The notes under the pieces: model-generated
The model's database searches: none
What the model saw: only the letters and a program-made list of their open reading frames with translations
Told to the model about the DNA's origin: nothing
NCBI RefSeq assembly: GCF_003334405.1
Contig: NZ_QOWM01000003.1
Length of the DNA stretch: 64,000 bases
Origin: Escherichia coli
GTDB taxonomy: Bacteria; Pseudomonadota; Gammaproteobacteria; Enterobacterales; Enterobacteriaceae
Reading direction: 5' to 3' (one strand)
In this document: positions 1-7,842 of the stretch, in pieces
Numbering within the stretch: the first letter of the stretch is position 1
Layout of the letters: each line of letters starts with the position of its first letter
Translations under genes and position numbers: made by a program

Positions 1-1315
1 GACCGTTCACCTTAATTGGGTGATCTGCCGTCTCGCCAGTTTCATTATCGCTATTGTGATGCTGATTGCCGCCAGTGTTCTCCTTGTGTGGATGTTCAGC
101 GCCTTCCATTTCCTCCGGATCATCTTCCTGAACTTCAACCTGATACTCTTCATCGAATGTTTCTTGGTATGTTGCGTCGCCCATCACCGCGCCACAATCA
201 GGGCAGTTGCCGCCGCCGGTCTGACCGCAGGCGGTGCAGACTTTTTCCACTTCCTGTTGCGCTACTGGTTCAGGCTGTTTCGTTTCTGGCTCGTTTTGTA
301 ACGCATTTGGACTGTTTTGTTCCGCTTTTTGGTAGTTCCGTTCCGATTCATGCTGGTTCTGGTTCACAGAATCGCGGGTCTGGAGCCCCTTAACCCATTT
401 CGGATCATTCGGGTCACTAATCCCTTCAACAAATTCACCACGTGATGCAGCAAGCAACTTATCGGCGTCAGGCTGGCTGATATTGGCTGCCTGCATAATT
501 TTGTTTACTTCGTCAGCGGTAACTTTTATCGGCTCTGGTTGTTCTGAATCTTCAGCGGTATCTACATTTTGCGGTAAGCCCGTGTATGTGCCATTTTTTC
601 GGGCAAAATATTCTTCTTTTGTGATTTCAGTGGCGCCAGCAGCCAGTGCCTTATCCAGACCAGAGAGTTTGTTTGCGCGACCGTATTTTTCTCCGTCCTT
701 ATCTGCGAAGAGGAAATAGAACGGCCCCTCACGCTCTACAGATGGTTCAGCTTCCGGCGCGGTTTCATTTTTTGGGATATCAGATACCTCAGTTTCCACT
801 GCATCAGTTTGTGTTTCTGATGACTGGAGAACATCAACAGTGCCCAGGTCTGTTTCTTCATTCTCAAACACGCCCTTTGTCGTCAGGTATTCGCAGATAT
901 ATTTGTTCAGTGCTACGGGATCTTTGTGAATGTCGATCGGACGCTCACGGACAAGGCCAAAAATAGTTTGGCGGTCGTAGCGAAGGGCATCAGGCTGTTT
1001 GCGCATTGATGCCGAGATACGCTTCCAGTCTTCGCGGTCGTTGTCGATAACTTCTTTTTTTGCCCAGCGATGGATGCTGCCGTCAATGTTTCCGGCATCC
1101 ACATCACTAGGCCAGAGAGCGTAGGCCAGTTCGTCATCCAGTGTTTTCCATGTCTGCTTGTATTCGCGATGAATGGCAGCAATGACCGGGCTGATTTTTC
1201 CTGTTGAATTTTCAGTGTACTGTTGATTGGCTCTGGCGCGGGCGAGATCAACAACAGACGTGTATTTTCCGGTTTCCTTGCGTTCACCTTCGCGACGTTT
1301 TTTCCAGATGCGCAT
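1..1315 (-). CDS. large acidic phage early-region protein, 3'-partial (runs off window start); identity unresolved
   Basis: Hand translation of the minus strand gives an uninterrupted frame from ATG at 1315-1313 to position 1 (over 430 codons). N-terminal part is basic, then a long Glu/Asp/Gln/Pro-rich low-complexity stretch and a CxxC-N7-CxxC zinc-ribbon motif (VCTACGQTGGGNCPDCG). Absent from the ORF track because there is no stop inside the window. Confidence 0.5.
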   Translation of the reverse strand, partial: MRIWKKRREGERKETGKYTSVVDLARARANQQYTENSTGKISPVIAAIHREYKQTWKTLDDELAYALWPSDVDAGNIDGSIHRWAKKEVIDNDREDWKRISASMRKQPDALRYDRQTIFGLVRERPIDIHKDPVALNKYICEYLTTKGVFENEETDLGTVDVLQSSETQTDAVETEVSDIPKNETAPEAEPSVEREGPFYFLFADKDGEKYGRANKLSGLDKALAAGATEITKEEYFARKNGTYTGLPQNVDTAEDSEQPEPIKVTADEVNKIMQAANISQPDADKLLAASRGEFVEGISDPNDPKWVKGLQTRDSVNQNQHESERNYQKAEQNSPNALQNEPETKQPEPVAQQEVEKVCTACGQTGGGNCPDCGAVMGDATYQETFDEEYQVEVQEDDPEEMEGAEHPHKENTGGNQHHNSDNETGETADHPIKVNG

Positions 1316-1373
1316 CTCTGCCTGAATTTCGGGCCATTTAGCACCAGGAATACATTTATGCTTAACCCACCCA

Positions 1374-1640
1374 ATGGCGTGCAACTTAAGCTCCGGATAC
1401 GGGTTATTCCCCTCTGAACAGGCGCGTAAGGACTGGCAAAACGCCCGCAAAAAACTCTCGAGGGCAAAGGTGAAGAAACCTGCTGTGGTTGATCCGGACC
1501 TTATCTGGTCATCACCTGACGGAGAAATACGTCGCTACGACAGTCGCCTAAACATAATCTGTCGCGAGTGCCGGAAGAGCGAAGTTATGCAGCGCATACT
1601 GGCTTTCTATCAGGGTAATTTTCAGGACGTGGCGCAGTGA
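1374..1640 (+). CDS. hypothetical phage protein (88 aa)
   Basis: ORF-track ORF; its stop overlaps the GTG start of the downstream methyltransferase-like ORF. No recognisable motif. Confidence 0.3.
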   Translation: MACNLSSGYGLFPSEQARKDWQNARKKLSRAKVKKPAVVDPDLIWSSPDGEIRRYDSRLNIICRECRKSEVMQRILAFYQGNFQDVAQ

Positions 1641-1993
1641 GTGCACCGGCAACCATTCTTGATATGTGCTGTGGCAGCCGCATGTTCTGGTTCGATAAGT
1701 CTGACGAACGGGCGATATTCAGCGATATCAGAAAAGAAGGATACACATTACGCAATGGGAGACGCTTGATTATCAGCCCTGACATTATCGCAGATTTTCG
1801 TGCATTATCATTTGCAGACGCATCTTTTTCGATGGTTGTATTAGACCCTCCGCATCTTGAGAGTGTTGGTGATAACGCCTGGATGGGAAAGAAATATGGA
1901 CGGCTGAATAAAGATGCCTGGCGTGATGATTCGCGACAGAGATTTAAAGAAGCCTTTCGGGTGTTGAGGCCGCACGGCGTTCTGATTTTTTAA
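1637..1993 (+). CDS. putative SAM-dependent methyltransferase, probably C-terminally truncated
   Basis: 118-aa ORF with DMCCGS (motif I-like) and VLDPPH (motif IV-like, DPPY class). Too short for a complete methyltransferase and followed by decayed sequence. Confidence 0.45.
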   Translation: MSAPATILDMCCGSRMFWFDKSDERAIFSDIRKEGYTLRNGRRLIISPDIIADFRALSFADASFSMVVLDPPHLESVGDNAWMGKKYGRLNKDAWRDDSRQRFKEAFRVLRPHGVLIF

Positions 1994-2255
1994 TGGAATG
2001 AAACGCAAATACCGGTAAGCCAGATTCTGGCACTGACAGACAGAAAACCTGTTATCTGTCAACGAACAGGGAAAAAACGATAAAACCCACTGGATTATTT
2101 TTATGAAAGAGGCATCCAGTGAGTAGATTCGTAAGGCTACAGATACGTATATCTGAATAATTAAATTCAGTTCTGTAAATAAAATTTAATCCTTAACCGG
2201 ATGGATTTCTGCACCCTCAGAACATCAGGAGGCCGCCCGAAAGGGCGGTAGTGAA

Positions 2256-2366
2256 ATGCGAAAGTTCAAAATTATTATTGAAACGGGAATAGCTGGTGGA
2301 GATTTTGAGGATGTATTCGAAGTGGACGATGACGCAACACCTGAGGAAATTCATGACGGAGCATAA
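2256..2366 (+). CDS. small acidic hypothetical protein (36 aa)
   Basis: ATG preceded by AGGAGG (2227-2232) and a GC hairpin with GAAA loop (2233-2248). Below the ORF-track length cut-off. Confidence 0.25.
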   Translation: MRKFKIIIETGIAGGDFEDVFEVDDDATPEEIHDGA

Positions 2367-2603
2367 GAAATTTTCTTTAACTACTGCAATTACTCATACC
2401 ACGAAATAAAAGACGATGAGGAAGAACAAAGTGGCTGATTTTTGTTCAGCTAAATATAACATCAGTTTTGAAGAGCGGGATGAACTATTAATGGACTATG
2501 GTGAGTTACGCGGTGGAAGTGCTGCTGATGTCGAATCCTAGCGTGATGACTATGAAGCGGGAAAAACTCCGGTCGAAGCATATTGTGATGAGTGGGGCGA
2601 TGA

Positions 2604-2891
2604 ATGAGCGAGATTAATTATCAGGAAGGGCATGAAACGGCGGGGCAAGCAAAACCAGTGGCATGGCGATATCGCTACGTGAAAAAAGGCGTTACGGACT
2701 TTCAGGGGAAGTAGTGGTCTGGTGACTGGAAATATGTACCGAAAAAAGAGGATTGTAACGACAGGCCGAACTATCAAATTCAGGCCTTATTCACTGCCTC
2801 ACCAGTCCCAGTTACATCAGAAGAACTGGTTAAAGCTGTGCACTTTTATGAACAACTAAAACGCGAAAATCCACCAACATCCGGCAACTAG
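2604..2891 (+). pseudogene. hypothetical protein ORF interrupted by an in-frame TAG at 2712-2714
   Basis: Same reading frame is protein-like on both sides of the TAG (MSEINYQEGHETAGQAKPVAWRYRYVKKGVTDFQGK / WSGDWKYVPKKEDCNDRPNYQIQALFTASPVPVTSEELVKAVHFYEQLKRENPPTSGN). Confidence 0.35.
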
Positions 2892-3145
2892 ATTAATGGA
2901 TTAACTATGTCGGTTAAACGACCAGCCAACTGAAAAAGCGGAAACCTGATTACAGGTTGCCAGATAAGGCAATGAGCTACCTGGCGCGGAACGGACTGAT
3001 AAGTATGGGGAATGTTTTACGATGAACCTTTAGACTAAAGAGTTTGTAACGCTATGTAAGTGATTTTTTCTGGTTTAGATATTTATATGTCCGGCCAAAT
3101 TGAGGTGTGTTTAAATGTAATTGCACATTGATTGTAGGAGGAATA

Positions 3146-3325
3146 ATGAAAAACGCATTGCAGTTTTTGTTTGTTGCGTTCTGGTTGTTCGCATCATGTA
3201 TGCCCATCATCTTCACAGCAAGGTATATGGAAAAAGTTGATGTTTTGATATTAATATTTGGATATATAAATGCCCTTTTTTTAGGGGTGTTCATGGCGGT
3301 CATGTGCATTGAATACTGGCGGTAA
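3146..3325 (+). CDS. small hydrophobic membrane protein (59 aa, two predicted TM helices)
   Basis: ATG at 3146 with consensus AGGAGG 5 nt upstream. Sequence MKNALQFLFVAFWLFASCMPIIFTARYMEKVDVLILIFGYINALFLGVFMAVMCIEYWR. Sits in an AT-rich stretch. Confidence 0.45.
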   Translation: MKNALQFLFVAFWLFASCMPIIFTARYMEKVDVLILIFGYINALFLGVFMAVMCIEYWR

Positions 3326-3559
3326 ATACAGCGAACTCCATTGGTTTAGTTGGATATTTACTGTGCTGGACAAAAACGGTTTGCGGGGAAATCTTAGTTA
3401 AGTAGAATGACTGCGGGTGCTTGAGGCTATCTGCCTCGGGCATGGACACCAACGGCAGATAGAGAAAAGCCCCAGTTAACATTACGCGTCCTGCAAGACG
3501 CTTAACATTAATCTGAGGCCAATTTCATGCTAGACACATGTAGGTTAGCCTCTTACGTG

Positions 3560-5200
3560 CCGAAAGGCACGGAGAAGCAGGCTATTGTTAACACCAAGCT
3601 GTAATGTCCCCTTTGAACCATTCTAAAATGTCCCCAGACAATTCTCTGGGGGATTTTTCATGATCAAAGAGACTGTTACGATGAGTCATAAGGAACTCCA
3701 CCGACTTCAGATTATTCAGGAACAAGCTGCGGCACGCATTGGCATTTCTATTCGGCAGGTTAAACGTCTGGTGCAACGGTATAGAAATGAAGGGCCTTCT
3801 GGTCTGGTTTCCCACCGACGTGGAAAGCGTCCTAATAATTCCTTTTCTACTGAATTCAGAGCAACAGTAATTTCACTCCTCAAAGGCCGTTACGCTGATT
3901 TTGGACCTACGTTTGCGTGCGAAAAATTGCGCGAGATACACGGTTTATCTTTATCCGTTGAAACTCTCAGAAAGTGGATGATAGAAGAGGGGTTATGGCG
4001 TGAACGCCGTCGTAAAATTGCCCGTATATATCAACGCCGCATGCGACGACCATCTTACGGTGAACTGATCCAGATTGATGGCTCACCTCATGACTGGTTT
4101 GAAAATCGAGGCCCCAGATGTACACTGATCGTTTTCATTGATGATGCCACCAGTGCGTTGATGGCGTTGCGTTTTGTGCCTGCTGAAACAACCCGGGCTT
4201 ACATGGAAACCCTCCGGGGTTACCTTAATGATCATGGCGTACCGCTCGCTCTCTACTCTGATAGACACAGTATATTCAGGGTAAATAACCCAGAGCGGGA
4301 AGGTGAGCTGACCCAGTTCACTCGTGCGATAAAGACACTGGGCATCGAGCCAATCCATGCCAACAGCCCGCAGGCAAAAGGGCGGGTAGAGCGCGCCAAT
4401 CAGACACTACAGGACAGGCTGGTCAAAGAAATGCGGCTTCAGAATATCAGTGATATTGAAACAGCAAATGCATGGTTGCCGACCTTTATTGAAGCCTATA
4501 ACAACCGGTTCGCTACGTCGCCTCGTACTACTGATAATGCTCATCTTGATGTGCACCATTCTGAAGAGGAACTGGGTTATATCTTCAGCCTACAGGCGAA
4601 GCGCGTTCTGTCTAAAAATCTCACTTTCCAGTACAAAAGCAGTGCGTTTCAGGTACGCAGTGAGGGCCGGGGATATCGACTTAGGCATTCGGTTGTTACT
4701 GTATGCGAGAACTTTGACGGTGAAATTAACGTTCTGTATGACGGGAAAGCGCTGGGCTGGGAAAAGTATGTTGATGGCCCGGAGCCTATACCACTGGATG
4801 ATGAAAAGAGTGTCCATGAACGAGTGGATAATGCCCGTATTGATTTACGCTCAAAATACTATGTTAAACCTAAAGCTGACCATCCCTGGCTTACGCGCCG
4901 AACGCAAAGTCATCAGCAAGTTAAGCCCCCGAAGTTACCTAAAAAGAAGCCTGATCCCGATAAAAAAGATTGAAACCAAGATCGATTCGGTTGAGTGCAT
5001 ATCCATTCATAGGGTAGATTCTTAAGTCGCGTTTCTGGTGTTCATTTTCGGGTGGTTTGTTACTTGTTTTACCGGGGATATGCCAGAAACGCGCTGAGTC
5101 AGTCTGGGCGGTGCGCGTAATGAGGCGTTATGGTAAATAGCCTATGCTAATGTCCGCTAAGAGCAAGAAGCGGAAGTTGGCAGTTTTGTGGACTGTCCCC
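3560..5200 (+). mobile_element. insertion sequence carrying the DDE transposase; ends not resolved
   Basis: Single transposase ORF flanked by non-coding sequence. I could not find clean terminal inverted repeats or a target-site duplication by eye, so boundaries are approximate. Confidence 0.45.
3660..4973 (+). CDS. DDE transposase with N-terminal HTH and rve/integrase-core domain (ISNCY/IS1202-like or IS481-like)
   Basis: 437 aa. N-terminal HTH (IGISIRQVKRLVQRY), then D (QIDGSPHDW), D (LYSDRHS) and E (RVERANQT) in integrase-core spacing. Basic C-terminal tail. Confidence 0.8.
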   Translation: MIKETVTMSHKELHRLQIIQEQAAARIGISIRQVKRLVQRYRNEGPSGLVSHRRGKRPNNSFSTEFRATVISLLKGRYADFGPTFACEKLREIHGLSLSVETLRKWMIEEGLWRERRRKIARIYQRRMRRPSYGELIQIDGSPHDWFENRGPRCTLIVFIDDATSALMALRFVPAETTRAYMETLRGYLNDHGVPLALYSDRHSIFRVNNPEREGELTQFTRAIKTLGIEPIHANSPQAKGRVERANQTLQDRLVKEMRLQNISDIETANAWLPTFIEAYNNRFATSPRTTDNAHLDVHHSEEELGYIFSLQAKRVLSKNLTFQYKSSAFQVRSEGRGYRLRHSVVTVCENFDGEINVLYDGKALGWEKYVDGPEPIPLDDEKSVHERVDNARIDLRSKYYVKPKADHPWLTRRTQSHQQVKPPKLPKKKPDPDKKD

Positions 5201-5409
5201 ACAAAAGTGACTACAGAAATAGTTGCAATTCATAATTGATCATGGGTTGTCAGTTAAACTCGTGGCGATTTAAATAGACTAATTGGGAGTGCGTCCATTA
5301 CTTATATCTTGTAATGTTAACTATCAGAAATGATACAAAGATAATATGTCTTTAAAGAAAAGGCTGATGGCGAAAAGTGGCCCGATGAGGGCCACAATAC
5401 GGCTGTCAC

Positions 5410-5742
5410 TTAGACGTAAATATCAATGGTGCCAGCGGTATTTGTATCGTCTTTTTTCTCTTCTTTTTTATCAGGCTGAACTGTCGCGTCTTCATTCTTT
5501 TTCTCTGCCTGCTGCCTTAACAACTGCTCCAGTTGAGCCCAGAGGCTTTCAATTTGCTTCTGTACCAATGCAGCCATTTCTTTTTTCTGCTGTGTCGTCA
5601 TCCCCTCTTCCGATGAGATTTTCCCAAGCTTTTCAGTCAGCACCTGAATTTGTCTTGTGATTTTGGCTATTTCTGATGTTCCTTCCGGGGCGGAGTTGTT
5701 TGAAATAACGGTTGAGGTATTTCCCTGAATTGTGACAGACAT
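5410..5742 (-). CDS. flxA: FlxA-like protein
   Basis: 110-aa protein recognised as Qin-prophage FlxA; AAGGAG RBS; sigma28-type promoter upstream. Confidence 0.85.
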   Translation of the reverse strand: MSVTIQGNTSTVISNNSAPEGTSEIAKITRQIQVLTEKLGKISSEEGMTTQQKKEMAALVQKQIESLWAQLEQLLRQQAEKKNEDATVQPDKKEEKKDDTNTAGTIDIYV

Positions 5743-5765
5743 AGATTTCTCCTTTTAAAAAAGCA

Positions 5766-5792
5766 CTATCGGCATGCACAAAAAAATCTTTA
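5766..5792 (-). promoter_or_regulatory. sigma28 (FliA) class-3 promoter of flxA
   Basis: On the minus strand TAAAGATT-N11-GCCGATAG, matching consensus TAAAGTTT-N11-GCCGATAA, about 25 nt upstream of the flxA start. Confidence 0.6.
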
Positions 5793-5944
5793 ATCGTATT
5801 TCTTGTGTCATTAATTGTTTGATGTTCAGATTGTTTTCCTCGCGGGCTGGCGCGCCTCAGAAAGTAAAGCTTGTTGACAGGGGTAAACGTTCGGCAATAA
5901 TTTTCTGCCGCATGCGGGTGTTGCATAAAACGTGTTACGTTCCT

Positions 5945-6250
5945 TTATCGACAGGTCAGGTCACCGCTCACCCGCCGACGAGAAAGCAACACTGACATGC
6001 TAAAGCAAAAAATAGATGAATAAGTTGAGTTGTGCATATGTAGCCTGACCGTCACAAAGTATATGGTGTCTGTACCAGTAAGATGATGGCCGGACTCTTT
6101 AAAAACGAGCTGACCTGCACAATACAGGATGGACTTAGCAATGGCTGCTCCTGGCACAAAGCGGACAGTGATCACCGTTCTTACGACTACTTTCTGACTT
6201 CCTTCGTGACTTGCCCTAAGCATGTTGTAGTGCGATACTTGTAATGACAT
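5945..6250 (-). CDS. ydfV: YdfV-like hypothetical protein
   Basis: 101-aa ORF positioned between flxA and relB as in Qin. Its 5' end lies over the relBE operator on the opposite strand, so coding status is uncertain. Confidence 0.5.
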   Translation of the reverse strand: MSLQVSHYNMLRASHEGSQKVVVRTVITVRFVPGAAIAKSILYCAGQLVFKESGHHLTGTDTIYFVTVRLHMHNSTYSSIFCFSMSVLLSRRRVSGDLTCR

Positions 6251-6266
6251 TTGTAATTACAAGAGG
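6236..6266 (+). promoter_or_regulatory. relBE operator/promoter (relO-like TTGTAAT repeats)
   Basis: TTGTAATGACATTTGTAATTACAAG with a TTGTAATTACAA palindrome immediately upstream of relB. Confidence 0.55.
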
Positions 6267-6274
6267 TGTAAGAC

Positions 6275-6514
6275 ATGGGTAGCATTAACCTGCGTATTGA
6301 CGATGAACTTAAAGCGCGTTCTTACGCCGCGCTTGAAAAAATGGGTGTAACTCCTTCTGAAGCGCTTCGTCTCATGCTCGAGTATATCGCTGACAATGAA
6401 CGCTTGCCGTTCAAACAGACACTCCTGAGTGATGAAGATGCTGAACTTGTGGAGATAGTGAAAGAACGGCTTCGTAATCCTAAGCCAGTACGTGTGACGC
6501 TGGATGAACTCTGA
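6275..6514 (+). CDS. relB: RelB antitoxin
   Basis: 79 aa, recognised as RelB; stop overlaps relE start (ATGA coupling). Confidence 0.9.
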   Translation: MGSINLRIDDELKARSYAALEKMGVTPSEALRLMLEYIADNERLPFKQTLLSDEDAELVEIVKERLRNPKPVRVTLDEL

Positions 6515-6801
6515 TGGCGTATTTTCTGGATTTTGACGAGCGGGCACTAAAGGAATGGCGAAAGCTGGGCTCGACGGTACGTGAACAGTTGAAAAAGAAG
6601 CTGGTTGAAGTACTTGAGTCACCCCGGATTGAAGCAAACAAGCTCCGTGGTATGCCTGATTGTTACAAGATTAAGCTCCGGTCTTCAGGCTATCGCCTTG
6701 TATACCAGGTTATAGACGAGAAAGTTGTCGTTTTCGTGATTTCTGTTGGGAAAAGAGAACGCTCGGAAGTATATAGCGAGGCGGTCAAACGCATTCTCTG
6801 A
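6514..6801 (+). CDS. relE: RelE mRNA interferase toxin
   Basis: 95 aa, recognised as RelE. Confidence 0.9.
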   Translation: MAYFLDFDERALKEWRKLGSTVREQLKKKLVEVLESPRIEANKLRGMPDCYKIKLRSSGYRLVYQVIDEKVVVFVISVGKRERSEVYSEAVKRIL

Positions 6802-6872
6802 ACCAAAGCATGACATCTCTGTTTCGCACCGAAGGTGACACTTCTGCTTTGCGTTGACAGGAGAAGCAGGCT

Positions 6873-7028
6873 ATGAAGCAGCAAAAGGCGATGTTAATCG
6901 CCCTGATCGTCATCTGTTTAACCGTCATAGTGACGGCACTGGTAACGAGGAAAGACCTCTGCGAGGTACGAATCCGAACCGGCCAGACGGAGGTCGCTGT
7001 CTTCACAGCTTACGAACCTGAGGAGTAA
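6873..7028 (+). CDS. hokD: Hok-family small membrane toxin
   Basis: 51 aa MKQQKAMLIALIVICLTVIVTALVTRKDLCEVRIRTGQTEVAVFTAYEPEE; below ORF-track cut-off, found by hand translation downstream of relE. Confidence 0.8.
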   Translation: MKQQKAMLIALIVICLTVIVTALVTRKDLCEVRIRTGQTEVAVFTAYEPEE

Positions 7029-7244
7029 GAGACCCGGCGGGGGAGAAATCCCTCGCCACCTCTGATGTGGCAGGCATCCTCAACGCACCCGCACTTAACC
7101 CGCTTCGGCGGGTTTTTGTTTTTATTTTCAACGCGTTTGAAGTTCTGGACGGTGCCGGAATAGAATCAAAAATACTTAAGTAGCGCGCAGGGATAAGAGG
7201 GATGGTCCCTTAAAGGGGAGAGCTAATTATCCGGAAGGATTCTG

Positions 7245-7496
7245 ATGATGAACATCGAAGAACTGCGTAAAATTTTTTGTGAAGATGGCCTCTATGCTGT
7301 GTGCGTTGAAAATGGAAATCTTGTTAGTCATTACCGCATTATGTGTTTGCGAAAGAATGGGGCTGCGTTAATTAATTTTGTGGATGCTCGGGTCACGGAC
7401 GGATTTATCTTGCGCGAAGGTGAGTTTGTCACTTCATTACAGGCATTGAAAGAGATCGGAATAAAAGCTGGCTTTTCTGCTTTTTCAGGAGAATAA
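7245..7496 (+). CDS. rem: Rem-like protein
   Basis: 83-aa ORF at the Qin rem position. Confidence 0.7.
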   Translation: MMNIEELRKIFCEDGLYAVCVENGNLVSHYRIMCLRKNGAALINFVDARVTDGFILREGEFVTSLQALKEIGIKAGFSAFSGE

Positions 7497-7562
7497 ACTC
7501 ATCTACAATCTTGCGCGGGGCTGAACTCCCGCTGAGTAACACCGTGCCACCGGAGAAAACCG

Positions 7563-7841
7563 ATGGCACGCAACGCAAAATATTACAATTCTGATAATTC
7601 GCCCGTTCTTGCCTGCACGCACGGGCGGTATTCTCACGCATTCAAGTCTGAATGGTTCCAGCACCCTCCATGCACTGCAGAACAGGCCGAATGGCTGATT
7701 CATTCTTACCGCAGGCGCGGGTTCGAGGTTAAGAAAGCTCTCAGTCTCGACTATCGGCACTGGATAATCTCTGTCAGGCTGCCTTATTCCGAACGCCCAC
7801 CACGTGCGTCCCGCACTTTCCAGCAACGGATCTGGAGGTAA
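7563..7841 (+). CDS. hypothetical protein (92 aa) upstream of ydfU
   Basis: ATG with GGAGAA RBS; ends 1 nt before the likely GTG start of ydfU. Confidence 0.5.
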   Translation: MARNAKYYNSDNSPVLACTHGRYSHAFKSEWFQHPPCTAEQAEWLIHSYRRRGFEVKKALSLDYRHWIISVRLPYSERPPRASRTFQQRIWR

Positions 7842-7842
7842 C

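Noticed and set aside
16-966. Plus-strand ORFs 16..393, 20..301, 483..719 and 646..966
   Set aside because: Short, mutually overlapping, hydrophobic or low-complexity ORFs antisense to the long minus-strand coding frame.
913-1467. 184-aa minus-strand ORF from the track
   Set aside because: Low-complexity Ser/Thr/Arg-rich product in a frame that conflicts with the much longer uninterrupted minus-strand frame (1..1315); treated as an alternative-frame artefact.
4450-5025. 191-aa ORF in an alternative frame inside the transposase gene
   Set aside because: Same strand, fully nested within the transposase ORF, no RBS and a non-protein-like composition.
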